A stretch of 64,000 bases of DNA, taken from positions 17,506,101-17,570,100 of the forward strand of contig NC_092677.1 in the NCBI RefSeq assembly GCF_964355755.1, read 5' to 3'. A program made the position numbers and the translations under genes. Position 1 is the first letter of the stretch. Each line of letters starts with the position of its first letter. This stretch comes from Antedon mediterranea. Taxonomy: Eukaryota; Animalia; Echinodermata. The notes beneath the pieces are model-generated. The model worked only from the letters and a program-made list of their open reading frames with translations, was not told the DNA's origin and made no database searches. Of the stretch, positions 1 through 12,929 are shown piece by piece.

Positions 1-34
1 ATTTAATTCTTTCCATTTTACGAAAAATATTTAC

Positions 35-753
35 CTGTGGTGATCAAGCATATTCAAGTAAAATGTCGACTACTTTAACGTTCTGCATATCCACCGCTCG
101 CAAGAGTGCGTCCCCAACGTTCACATCGTTTTGTAAAAGAACTTTTACTATTTCTGAAAAGAATTAGGGGATTGATTTTAGAAACCATTGTTGACAAAAT
201 AAACATTTTTACCACCTTTATAATTTAAAAGATGAGCTTTCAGAGGAATGTTGAGTTTAAACAAAGTTTAAAAATTTCATCTGTAATTACTCGGATACTT
301 ATTTTATTTATTTATTTTTATTTTCAATCTTTCGACAATCACAAACAAAAAAGTTGAACGGGGCTGTCAAGGCAAATGACCCTTCATTTGGGTGGTGGAC
401 GCTCATCCTGGAATAGAGAATTGGCAGTACCGTGAAATTATTAAAAGCGGAATATACCTTAATTTGTCGTTTATTTGCATTAAATTATCATTAATTGATC
501 TACACAATATAACAATTTATGCAAGAACTTAGAGAAAGGTTTGAAACATTACCTATTTACCTATGTTGTTTGATTTAATTGCCACTGCTAGTGCATTTTT
601 ACCATCTGGGTTTGTACAGTTTTTATCAAAGTCACAATGAGAAAGAGCGAATTCCACAGCATCCAGATCACCACTTTCGGCTCCCTTTAAGTACAGTTGA
701 CGAAGGGTATCTTGATCTACCTCCTCTTCCATCATAGAAATATAGCGCGACTC
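35..753 (-). pseudogene. TRPC-like (short transient receptor potential channel) N-terminal ankyrin exons; premature stop in second exon; gene continues off-window
   Basis: Exon 561-753 (ATG 735) and exon 35-153 are joined by a phase-1 GT-AG intron and give ...YLKGAESGD...NCTNPDGKNALAVAIKSNNIEIVKVLLQNDVNVGDALLRAVDMQNVKVVDILLEYA*SPQ, matching TRPC ankyrin motifs (GDALL). In-frame TGA at 44-46. Confidence 0.75.
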
Positions 754-824
754 CTAAAAATCGAGGGGGAAAGTAATAAACAATATATTATTTTTATTAT
801 ATACAAACTGCATCAATGGTTAAG

Positions 825-1045
825 CACCCGTCTATTTACAGGAACTAATTCAGAAGTATAACCCTGTTCGCCAGGGACTCAGATCCACACAAGATATTAC
901 TCTTCTTGCTGTTTCTAAAACTAGTAGACTATTTGGTGATAAAACATTTTCTGCCATTGGACCTACTAAGTTATGGAATAATCTACCTCTTAATGTGCGT
1001 ATTATAGCTCCTCTAAGTGTACAATATTTTAAGAAATTGTTAATT
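825..1045 (+). mobile_element. CR1/L2-type LINE ORF2 C-terminal remnant
   Basis: Translates as YNPVRQGLRS...FGDKTFSAIGPTKLWNNLP, typical of the L2/CR1 ORF2 tail. Confidence 0.6.
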
Positions 1046-1294
1046 TGTTAAATTTTCTTTTCCCTGCTAATTTGTGGAATAAACTAGAACAGTAATATAT
1101 AATCAACTCCAAGTATATATGAATATAATATGTACTGTATATAAGTATTTATTATATGAATGTATACATTTTTTAATAAAAATTTTTTTTTAGTGATACT
1201 GTATTTTCATCAGCTAAAGAAAAAAAATCTCTATGACCCAAAGGCCAGCTGTCCCTTTAAAAATACATATACAAATAAAAATACATTTAAAAAC

Positions 1295-1600
1295 ATGCAA
1301 GGGATGCAGAAATTATTTCAAAAAATAGTTATAGCACCCATCCCCTGCGTTTTAGAAGATGTCTCTGGGCAGTCTTTAATTTTGTTCTGTCTGACAGGAC
1401 TAGGTCTTTGGCCTGGAATTGTGGGTGGCAAATTTGCACACATTTGATTTTGGGGTGATATTAATAAACACTTTGTAAATTTCCCAGTTGTTGTGTTTGA
1501 GTTTTTGGATTGTAAAAATGTAGTTTTTCTTTGTGCCGTATCACCAAGTCATATGGTGGAGTTACTGGTTTTTTGAAATAATTTCTGCATCCCTTGCATT
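1295..1600. repeat. MITE-like element with ~50-bp inverted repeats
   Basis: atgcaagggatgcagaaattatttcaaaaaa (~1295) is the reverse complement of tttttgaaataatttctgcatcccttgcat (~1570-1599). Confidence 0.5.
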
Positions 1601-3449
1601 TTTTAATTCTGTTTGTTATATTTACTAGTTCATATGGTTGATGCTTCTGCGGCTCCTGTCGTTTTTGTTGTTTTGGTGGTTTTTGCTGCTGCGGCTCTTG
1701 ATTTTATCAAATAAAGTAAACCTAAGGAAATCGTGCATTGTGTTCCATGTAGTCCAATTCTTTATACTTCATTCTTAGAGTCTTCAATATTGCTGTTTTA
1801 ATATCAGTTCCTGAAAATTTAATTGAAAATACATGTTACCGTACATATTAAAGTCCACAACACCTTACCCTTATCTTGCCGGATTCTTTTTAAGTGCAGT
1901 TCACATGAAAACGCATTCTTTTTTGATAGTGATCATTTTTTCACATTTTTAGAGGCAGTTCCCTTTCTGTTAGTTTTATGGAAAAAGTTTCTAAAAACAA
2001 ACGTTCCTTATGAAATAAGTACATTGTAAATTTAGTTTTTTGATTTTTTGAGTAATGGTTATAATATAACAAAAAAATGCCAAAAATGCAAAAAAAAAAA
2101 ATAAATTTTTTTTTTCAATATAAATATTGTTTGAATATAAATATTACATATTTAATGTTTATAAGCAGTATAGAGAACACAAGTATTCAAAAACCTGTGT
2201 GAAAAACTATATGATGTTGAATTAGTTAGCCACATATGCAATATGCGACGTCAACAGGGCCGCCACGTGAAGGCTTCAACATGGCCCCGAGGCCCCGGGG
2301 AGGGAAGGCAGCAAAAGTGTAATCAAGGTAATCAAGGTGATTGTAATTGAATGATTGATTTAAAAAAATGATGGTTGGAAATTACAGTTACTCTTTCAAA
2401 ACGCATAGCGATGAATTTGATTGAAAGTGGCTGAATTCCAGCCGTAAACCAGGCGACGCAAGACTAACCATGAAAAACCACAAAGAACTGCAAGAAGAAA
2501 TTGTAATAGAATTACGGCATTTGTGGTTTTTATACAGTATACAGGTATTAAAAAACAATGCTTTTCACGTCGTCCCTTTAGGCTGTTATTTTCGATGTGT
2601 AATAATATGGCCCGCGACCATGGAAGATTTTCATGTCACATGACTCGTACTTAATCACAACTTCTAAAAATCATGACCTTAATCATGAATCCATTACAAG
2701 TAAGATCAAAACTATAACAACCTTCTGGTCGAACAGTTTAAGGGTGGACAAGGCGCCAATAACTGAAGCACACTATTAGTTTGTCAGAGTCATCTATGTA
2801 ATAAAAGCTGTATGTTTTTTTTTTGATTAGGAGTGTATGGAGACTTATTGACAAATTACCACTCATGACCAAACTGTCATTTTGCATTGCCATTCATAGT
2901 CAGTAAACCAGAGAATGGCAAGTACGGAACAAAATTGGTAGCTTACGGACCACTTTTTTATGTAGATCTAAAATTATTTTGTGGCCTTGAGTGTGATGTG
3001 GCTGTTCTTACCTGTCCTTTTTTGGAGGTGGAGGCCTGGCTGCCGACTTCTCCTCAGAGGCTTTGGCCTGGACCTTTGTGGCAGCCTGCAAAAAAAAATT
3101 GGAGTTTGATAATTGCCTTAACTATATACTCTACTACACTCTAAAACTAAATGTCCATTTTAAAATTACATATACAAATACATCATCAATGACGTGCAAG
3201 TTGGATGAATCTTTATGCAAATGCGGCTCAAATTGCCCAATAGTAACATGTTAATACACATGGTTTCTATAATATAAAACATTTAATAGGTATGGTAATT
3301 AATTATTGGTAAAGCTATGTATGTAAAACTATTAATAAGTAGTTAAAATTTAAACCTATTACAATATTATAAACAATAGTCAAATCTACTCTTGTTGATG
3401 TCTTTGCTTAAAGTAAATCTGTCTGTGCGCAGAATCAATCGGAGCTAAA

Positions 3450-3641
3450 TTAAATACTTCGGTTTTGATTAAGTCCATTCTGTTCGCGTCGAGTAGCGCC
3501 GTTTTGTCCTGATGTGTTGCAATTTCGTCTTTCTTCCTCGGTGAAGTAGTATTCTGTCAATAGTTGTGCCATCTTTAGTCGGTAAAGCTGAGTAGTTTGT
3601 CGCAGTAAGTCCTGTGGAATTTTATTGGGGTCATTGTTCAA
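3450..3641 (-). pseudogene. BEN-domain-like fragment
   Basis: MAQLLTEYYFTEEERRNCNTSG...GLNQNR resembles the BEN consensus (L..lFt.eE...cn..G...Ld..r). Confidence 0.4.
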
Positions 3642-4169
3642 TGGTGGTTGTTGGTTTATTTCTGCTTGTGGGAGAGAGAGATCCTGCTGCCATGCGGTAT
3701 GTCCGCCAGGGGAACATATTCTCGACGATACAATTTTTTTTAGAGGGAAAAAGTATCTGTACTTTGTTTCTCTATGTAAATTGCGTTACTATAAAGCGTC
3801 GACATATATCCAGATGGCAGTTTGATAATAATCCGAGGTTGTATATCAAATCTTTTCTGTTCGGTTTTCATATATTTTCATCAGTAGAATATTTTGTGAA
3901 TCTAACCTGTTTCTTGCAGGCGGTTTATACCATCTTAGATCACCACATGATGAAGCAGATAAATACAGTAAAAAAGTAACATCAAAACTATAACAACCTT
4001 AAAATAGTAAGACTGATTTAAGAATTTTAATGAATAACTGTATATTTAAAAGAGTTTATACCATTATACGTACATTGAATATTTGATCAGCTTTGAATTC
4101 TTGCTAGATGGATAGCTTCTTCTGCTTGGGTTAGATTGCAAAGAACCGTATTGAAACCAGTGGGAAGGC

Positions 4170-4475
4170 ATTTTATAGTGGTGTCGTGTATACTATTTCT
4201 GATATTTCTGAAGCACCAGGCTAAAAAATTCCCTCTGAAGTCCTTGATCTATGGCTTTTTCTGTTTGATTTATGGAGTCGGTAAAAAGTATGGATAGCTT
4301 CTTTGATGGGCTAAATGATTTCCTTTTAAGGCTCCGAACAGCTCCAGTACAAACGTTCGACCGACAGATATTGAACATGGAGTTTCCGCTCATTTCATCT
4401 ATAATTGATCAGAATAAAACCAAACAATCTATATCTTCGTTCCTAAAAAATAAATGGAAGAATTGGATTAGCAAA
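4170..4475 (-). pseudogene. G2E3-like HECT ubiquitin ligase N-lobe fragment (other copies at ~5195-5300, 44245-44550, 51730-51890)
   Basis: ICRSNV...LKRKSFSPSKKLSILFTD...EKAIDQGLQREFFSL resembles the HECT 'V.F..E.a.D.GGp.REFF' motif; near-identical DNA recurs 4 times. Confidence 0.6.
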
Positions 4476-4500
4476 TTCATTTAGGAAGCCTACCACCAAT

Positions 4501-5150
4501 CTATTGACTATTGTCAGGAGGGGATGACTGCCATCGCTTTTTGTATCTCAAAAAGTAGATTAGTTCTTGTTCTTTAATTGATGAATCTGTTGACCCATCA
4601 GACAAAATAGCCAGATAGCTTGCGTTATCAAGATAATTTGACATTTTTTTTCTTTCAACCTGGGATATTTCATCGGCGAATACTTTTGCCGTTGATTGGT
4701 TAGTGTACGTGTTGCCAATGACCAAACTATCTAATTTGCATTGCCATTCATAGTCAGTAAATGGCCTGTTATTCATTGCCAGAGAATGGCAAGTACGGAA
4801 CAAAATTGGTAGCTTATGGACCACTTTTTTATTTAGATCTAAAATTATTTTGTGGCCTTAAGTGTGATGTGGCTGTTCGTTAGCCTTCACGAGCGCTTTC
4901 ACTTTTGCGTGTGTTGCCAATGATTCATGTAGTTTTATTGATTCTAGTTTTAAGGCGCTGGAATCTTCATAGAAAGTGTTACTTACGTTAATGCTTGGAT
5001 CTATTCTCGCTCCATCGACGCACGTCCGACAAGACATGGTACCGGACAAATCGTTGTGGAAAAGCCATGGTCGGCCATGTTGCCATGCTGACAAAAACTT
5101 TCTCTTGCATCCTTCTTTTTCATACTTTCTTTGTGATTCTGATTAGCGAT
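4501..5150 (-). mobile_element. hAT (ZNF862-like) transposase fragment; partial copy at ~2870-3007
   Basis: WQHGRPWL...MSCRTC...IKLHESLATH (TTF/BED-like zinc finger), then LFRTCHSLAMNNRPFTDYEWQCKLD...ILSDGSTDSSIKEQELIY (first catalytic D); frameshifted. Confidence 0.8.
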
Positions 5151-5845
5151 TCAGCCCTGCAAAAACAAATAATAAATAATTAGATTTCAGTCAGTAAAAA
5201 GTACGGATAGCTTCTTTGATGGGCTAAATGATTTCCTTTTGAGGCTCCGAACAGCTCCGGTACAAATGTTTGACCGACAGATATTGAACATGGAGTTTCC
5301 GTAGTACATCTTACCATACATTCAATAATTTGTTTTGAAAACCGAGACATAGAATAGCTCTGCCTACGCCATACTTCCAAATACCAACTCCATTTGCTCT
5401 CTAACTTCTTTGGCAGAGTCTGATTAACGGATCGCAATTTATGCCACCAATTTACGGTGGATCAATTGTACCTTTCTGGTTTGGGGACTTTGTAGTCCCC
5501 ATTGTGATCTTTTTTTTAATCCATCGGCAACATTACTATTTCTTTTTTTGCTTTCTTTTTTGATGGGATGTGCCCTTTTTCGACGGGATGATCCAAATCA
5601 GAGGAGGCTACAAAATATAGAAACAAACATTTTGTGTTAAAAATAGCAGAAATTAATTCTAAAAATCTTTGGGAATCTGATTGTCGTTCTGAATTGGTGT
5701 ATCTGGTTCAGGTTGTCTAACTACTAGTTGTTGTATGGTTGGTGTTTGTTGTTCTAATACATTGATGCGTTGATATAACGGTGCTATTTTTCTACGAGTG
5801 CAGCTCAGTCTTTCTTTCTCTTTTTTCTGAAAAATAATTGCTGTT

Positions 5846-6150
5846 CTATAATAGATGTGTTTTTTCTTCATTTACATGAATTTCCTCAAGTTCCACCTCA
5901 TCATTTTGGCTGATAGAGAAATTGTGCAAGACGCAACAACTGCTAACTATTAGAGGCACCTTCGAAACATCTGTATAATTCCGTTGCATCAAAATACGCC
6001 ATCGACCTTTGAGTTGACCAAACGCTTGGTCTACAACCATGCGTGCCCTACTCAGTCGATAATTAAAGGTTCTTTGTTGCCTTTTGAAATTTGCACCTTC
6101 TGAGAATCCTTTCATTAGCCAAGGTAGTAGAGGGTAAGCTGGAGGGTAAA
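5846..6150 (-). mobile_element. PIF/Harbinger (HARBI1-like) transposase C-terminal fragment
   Basis: PAYPLLPWLMKGF...FNYRLSRARMVVDQAFGQLKGRWRIL...CCVLHNF (DDE_Tnp_4 signature). Confidence 0.9.
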
Positions 6151-6795
6151 AGGAATTGACTGTGTGGCTCTTCGTGTGATTAAATCTTTTAGGCCCAGAC
6201 CCAACGGGCATTTATGGGCTACTGTCTGGGGCTACTGTCTGGGGAAACTTACAGGATAAAGTTGCTGTCATCGGTATTTTTCGCTATCCCAAGACGTAAC
6301 AGTTCCAATAAAAAAGGAATTAGCCGTGTGGCTATTCGTGTGATTAAATTTTGTATAGCCCAACGGGCATTTCTGGGCCACTGTCTAGGGCTACTGTTTG
6401 GGGCAACTTACAGGATAAAGTTGCTGTCAATGATATTTTTGTGCACCCCAATGTGTAACAGTTGCAATGCAAAAGGAATTAGCCGTGTGGCTCTTGACAT
6501 GAATAACACCATTTTTTAGTGGTCACTTGGGGCTACTGTCTCGGGCAACTTACAGGATAAAGTTGCTGTCATTGCTGTTTTAACATTGTATACACATATG
6601 GGAACAATGTCCAACAACTTTTATCCGTGTGGCTTTTCACATGATTAAATCCATTTTTTACCCCTCCTATTTGGTGTCCCCAGGGTAAATTTACAGGATA
6701 GGACCCGGCAGCAATATTGATTATTGAATCTTGGCCATATATCTACCTAATCAGCCCATCAGACCTTTTGTGGCTTTTCACATGAATAAATCTTC
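6150..6795. repeat. Degenerate tandem repeat, ~4 units of ~140-165 bp
   Basis: Recurring motifs ttacaggataaagttgctgtca and ccgtgtggct.ttc...tgattaaat. Confidence 0.65.
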
Positions 6796-9700
6796 TGTTT
6801 ATTAAATCTTCTGTCTATTCTGATGTCTATTACTGTTGAGCGGCATGCCAGTCTTTTTTCTTGCAAATTTGAGCATACATTTGACAATCATTCGAGTGTG
6901 CTTGTGAATGTAGTTCCAAAATGCACTTGTCATTTACCTGTGAGCCAAGTCTCTTCTAAATCCATAACAGTTTTACATTCTAGTAACATAGATGCAAATT
7001 CTTCTTCATCACCTGCATCCATTAGGCCCTTTGAAAGGTCATTTCTAAAGACAATATCCAGAAAAAAAAATTGTTTGGATTTCTTTTGTATACCCAGATT
7101 TTTCAACTTGTCTTTGACATTTTGTATTTTTAATACTAGAGTAAATCTCTTCCATAGAAATTTTTTTTGTTTCACTTTTAAATTCAACCAAAATCGATTG
7201 ACTTCAGTCAATTTGACTTTCGCTTGCTTTAAATTACAGTTTTTGTTAAGAAAATCATTTCTTATTTTTTCCATCCAATTTTTTACGATTTGTGTCATTA
7301 AAATGGCATATTGAACAACAAAAATTGTAAGAATTATTTTTTCAAGGGGACAATACATCTTAATACTTATACATAGTGAAATTTTAATTTACATTTTCTA
7401 TATATTTATTCTTCATTATTTGCAATTTCTTGCTCAATTTGTAGAATTTGTTGATTCATTTTTCTCTTAACTTCAATTTGCTTTAGTTTTGGAAACTTGC
7501 GGAAAGTTGCAAGGTTTGCTAAAGTAAGATCATATCAGATTCTTTTTGGTCATCTCTTGCCTTATTTGACTTCTCCTTGATGTCTTCCTACATTTTTTCT
7601 TTTGCTGCAATTTGATTTAATGTAGTTTATTCATTATTCATTCCTTTATCATCTGCAGGAGCTTCAGATACCTTAACCCCCCCCCCCTCCCAAAAAAAAA
7701 CAAAAAAAAACAAATTAAATTAAATAACATTAGTCTGAACTTACTCCTGATGCAATATGTGATCAGCCCACTTGTACTTGTTCTTTGATTTGAATTCCTG
7801 ACCGCTTTTTGGAATCTACAAATCTTTCCATTTCTTAAAAGAATCTCTTGTGCTTTCAAATTTGGTCTTTACATAGTACATATGCTATGCTACGGTAATT
7901 AATTGAAAATAAGGTTGTAACTGTATTAAACTACTGTGGAGTAGCTTTGCGTCAGGGATTTGAGTAATTGGTCAGATGTTTTGCCCTACTCTAACGTAAC
8001 TTGTACTTCATACTTTCATTTGCAAGTAATTCTCGGGTGGAAAGAGTGCACGATAATTGTACCATAATGTAAAATACCTGAGAATTACAAGCCTATAATG
8101 TATGTATGTTTGATCAAAAGCTGCAAATTAACCTTATCCCTTCTGTTGTTAATGTTAAGGCATAGAGCCACTTGATTAGAGCCAAGCGATTAGGGAAGTT
8201 TCTGGCCACATAGAGTTCTGCGGTGTGACGTTACAATGATAGATGGCGCTGCGTGGTTCCTTTATATCATCATAATTGTCAATAATAACAAAAAAAGTTA
8301 AAAGCCTATAGATATTTTGATGTTCCATTGGTCCACTTATTATGCTATCTGAAGTATGCAAATTTTGGTAATATATTACCAAAAATACTCAATAATCATA
8401 GTCTATTTCACAATAAAATTAACATGCTGTCTCCATTTCTCTAAACAACTCTTTCAATGTCCTTTTATTCCCCCATAACTGCTCAGTTGGCTGATTATGA
8501 ACTGAGGACCAAACTGAAGTAGACATTTTGTTCCATTTTTTTAGCATTAACTGCCACACCTTTTATTTTCAACTTTGTTGTCAGGCAATCCATCCTTGAT
8601 TTTTTTAAATTATTTTTGGTCACAAGATGAACAATTTCATAATTTTCCTTCCTTTCCTTCATCATCTTTTCTTGACCCTCCAGTATCTACAGCCCCTTTT
8701 TTATAATTTTGTTATTTACTAAAGCTGCCGTTTATGGCGTTAAGGAAATTTAGGTCTCCATAGATCTAGGACACAAGCATGGACATCAATTATGAATGGT
8801 TTTGGAAGCATGTTTTTTTTAGTTGATTCAATCAAAACTAAAGAACAAGGTACTAAAATATGAAACTTCATTTCACAAACAGACTGGTGATGTTATTTCA
8901 AGTGTTTTCTGACATCACGTTGTTGTTGAGGTCGCTATGTTACACTGTGTCATCAACAATGCCTTTGTGGGAATAGATGTCTTGCTTCAACTCTGTTCAT
9001 TGTATCTTAGGACAATACAACCAATTATTCACAACATAAACACAGCAAGCGTCAACATTTTGAACCCATTAATAAGAATATTGTGTGTTTGAATAAATTT
9101 GCACAAGAAGTGTCCAGTATGTATGTAGACTATGGTTTCACGTATTTCATGTTGCATAATTGAAAACAAGAACAAATTTCGAAGTAGAAGATGTCATAGA
9201 ACTGTATTAAACAGGTATTGAATATTGTCTATTATTTTAGACAAGAGAAAGAGATGGAAAACCCAGCAAACATACCTATGGATCGAAGAAATTCATTTAA
9301 CTTCTAAATTATGGATAATAACAATTGGTTTTTGAAAAACTATATCAATCTCTAGAGAATATTATAAGCCTATTGCACTTGCTGGTCATTGCACCTGTTG
9401 TTCATAATGACGTCATATGCCTCTTCTGTTAGTAGATTTAATTATTACATGTGGAAACACGGCGAGAATCAACCAAGCCCACATACTTTAAAAGATGTTG
9501 ATTACATAAGCAGCCATTACAAAGAATCTAGGTGTATCAAGACCTAGATTTCAACTCTCACTGGCCATCAACATGCTCATAAGACAATGTACGTTGAACT
9601 TCTTCCATTTGAAACTCCTCGATAAATTTAGTTGCAACACGTTGAAAGAGATTCAACAAATCAAGTGTTAATTGTTAATACATCAGTAGTGTGGTATGGA

Positions 9701-10700
9701 AATGAACTGTAACAACAAGAGAAGATATAATACAGAAAAAAAAGAAGAAATTGGTACCCAGATTGGCATAAAATCCTCCAAAACAAACAACAATTAAAAA
9801 GGCTGGATGATCATGGAGATCTGTTTCTACAAACAGCAGAACAAAATCAATCAAATATTCAAATTGAAAATTATTTTTTCGGTCTAATCTGCAAACATGT
9901 TTACCTTGGAGAAACTGGAATTGAACAATAAGATGCAAGTCCCTGGGACGCCCGTCTTGGGTCCAGAAGATTACAAAGTGTATTCAAACCTGATACAAGT
10001 TAAAATACTTAAATAAATCAACCATCACATAAATGTAATTCAATTAAAACATATTGCACATTTGGAAATTCTCCATAAAGAACCATGCTGGTCTAAAAAT
10101 CCATCTGGATAAAAAAAATCAAAGATACAATGAACTAATATGACACATCTATCTATGATTTAATCATACAGGCGTATAAAAATAAAAGAGTAGCAGGAGC
10201 CATTGTCAACACTGCAGTAGTAACACACAACACCCTCAACAACACAGAGGTGAAGCCAGAAAAGAAATTATACCATCAGTCTACTTTAGAGATGTAGTTT
10301 GTGTACTTATTTATTTACTTTAGATTGATCAACAAGAAAAGGAACAGCATCTTTAAGATTAATTTCATCATTAAATGAATCCAATCATAAAATGAAATGA
10401 TTTAGCTCTATTGATCTTCAAAATATTATAATATCATCATTCTCTCTTTACCATTTATTAATTCATGTTGTTAAACTTCACCTTTACGGGATTTTTTTGC
10501 CGAATGGTTTATAGTCAACTCGGGAAAGAGTTTAACTCTCGCATAGTTTTTAGCAGAATTGAAATCAATACCACCATTTGGGATGTACAGATACTCCCCT
10601 TCTCGGCTAATTGAGCAGCTCTCTTTTTATTTCGATAAGTATAAAGCTTTTTTTGTTTCAGACATGCAAGTGACCAATTTTTGTTGTTGTAATTCTAACC

Positions 10701-10872
10701 TGCACCCATTGCATGGTCTGACATAATATGATTGTGTAGGTTTGTCATTCTGCACCCATTGCATGGTCTGACATAATATGATTGTGTAGGTTTGTCATTC
10801 TGCACCCATGGTCTGACATAATATGATTGTGTAGGTTTGTCATTCTGCACCCATTGCATGGTCTGACATAAT
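10701..10872 (+). repeat. 50-bp tandem repeat x3.5
   Basis: Unit tgcacccattgcatggtctgacataatatgattgtgtaggtttgtcattc; single copy at ~49011-49058. Confidence 0.9.
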
Positions 10873-10874
10873 AT

Positions 10875-11070
10875 CCTACTCCTACTGGCCAAACAATGTA
10901 GGCATCGTACATGAGGTCTACCACTGCCTGACACACTTGCTTGATGAATCTGCATACATTAGACCTGTGCACATCAAACATATTTCCAATTGTGCAAAGG
11001 TCGCAACACGTTGAAAACCTCCATAGCGTTATGCCAACTACATGCTCTACGGTCATCCCATTTCCAAAGT
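10875..11070 (-). mobile_element. Harbinger transposase HTH fragment (longer copy at 50960-51260)
   Basis: MTVEHVVGITLWRFSTCCDL.TIGNMFDVHRS.VCR.IKQVCQAV...YIVWP. Confidence 0.85.
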
Positions 11071-12929
11071 TTGTTGTTTCTCTTTGTAAATTAGGCCCCA
11101 GTATTCCACATAGAACAAAGTGTCATAAAAAACAATATTAACTTAATTTTGTTGTAGTTTTTGTAATTTATTGATAATTTTGTACCTAAATTTGGCCCGC
11201 ATAGCATTCGACTGACAACTCCTCTTAGTTCACTTGTCACTCGTTTATTGACATCAAAATCAAACTGTCTGAAATTGCAAAAGCATTTAAATTTACCACA
11301 AAAAAAAAAAATCTAGAAAACTGAACCAGCTTTTTAAACAAAAATGTTGTCTTTCAATAATTAAAAATTATTTTAAAAACTATATGTATCATTGACATTT
11401 TGTGCAACCTATTGAAAAAAGAAAATTCTTTACTTGCAAGACAGTTAACTGAAACTTTCCCTCATAGAATATGATGCAGGCCACAGCTACCTTTTGTTTA
11501 CTGCGTTTGTTTACCTCATACATACATGCATAATGTAATGTAGATTTAGAAATTTCTAAAACTGCTATCCATTCCCTTTAGAGCTGTTGTTTGTTTGTAA
11601 AATACAGGGCTCTGTATTAAATTTTCCATGCTCTTGCCACAGGGTATCTCGCACTGTGCAGAAAATCCACCCTTATCTTGTCTTGTGGCATTAGAGGTGG
11701 ACCTCAAATTTTATGACTCTTTGATATATAATTAATACATAGTATGTCGAAAATTAACTAATTCAGTATTCCTTTAATATACTAAAGTAGACAAGTAAAC
11801 AAATATTGTTTGGTTTCACATCCCATAGTTGAAAGTCCAGTTGAATTTTACACATTTTGGAACACATGATGATACAGTATTTCAATTTTTTGCAAATAGT
11901 AAAACAAAATGTTGTGCGGCTCTAAATACAAACTTGCAGATAAATTATTAACACAAATTAAAAACTTGAAACCTATTTTATTAACATCTTAAAACTGCTT
12001 AATTTTAACCCAGCACTTCTCGAATCTGGTAGAACAGAAGAAATATCATTTTGGTTGTAAAACACATCTACTTGGATCAGTGTTGCTGATGGTAGCGCAT
12101 CTGACCTCTTTCTTTGATTCAAGTCTACTTGATATGCTGCACGCTTCATTGTCTTTTAGGCAAGACCATAATTCTTTTTGTAAAGTAGAGTTGCATACTT
12201 CTTCTTGACATGCAGAGTTGAGGCCAGCAGACGTTTCATGTATAGATCTTTTTCGTTTCTCTTCTTGTTAATCAAATCCAGATAGTAATCTTTAAAATAA
12301 AAATATTTATGTTTAATAATTTTGTGGTAAATAAATTCTAATCAAATTATACAACTGATGGTAAATATACAGTCATAGAGTCTGATGTATCAATTTAACA
12401 AATTGAACCGCCCGAACGACGATTATGAGTTACCATTTAAACAATGTTTTCAGGAATAGGCAATTCATGAAAAGTTAAAAAACAATTATTTACAAACCTT
12501 TAAAATCCGTGTTCTGTCTAAAACATAAAACTTCACCGCGCTAGAAACAATATGAATTTTTGTATCCATTGCCGTTGTATTTATTCCTGGTATATTTAAG
12601 TCCTCGGCCTCTTCCACTGCGGTTTTTAATTAATTACTTCATTAGAACTAAAATAAATATAATGATAATCTTTATAAGCTGTCTTTAATGATTATTAATT
12701 TACAAAATATGTTCTACCATTTTTAGTTAGTACCTCCAGATTTGATTTAAAAACGGAATGTGAATTAATGGTGTCTATATCATCAGAAAGAGGCAATTTC
12801 AAATCCCTCCCTTTCCCCTGGTCATATATTGTATTGTTGCCTCCTCTGAAGAAATGATTTCAGTTACTGAGCCTATGAACCAGTCCTGTTCATAGGCCAT
12901 AGCAACAAACAACTGCCTCAGAAAATTGG

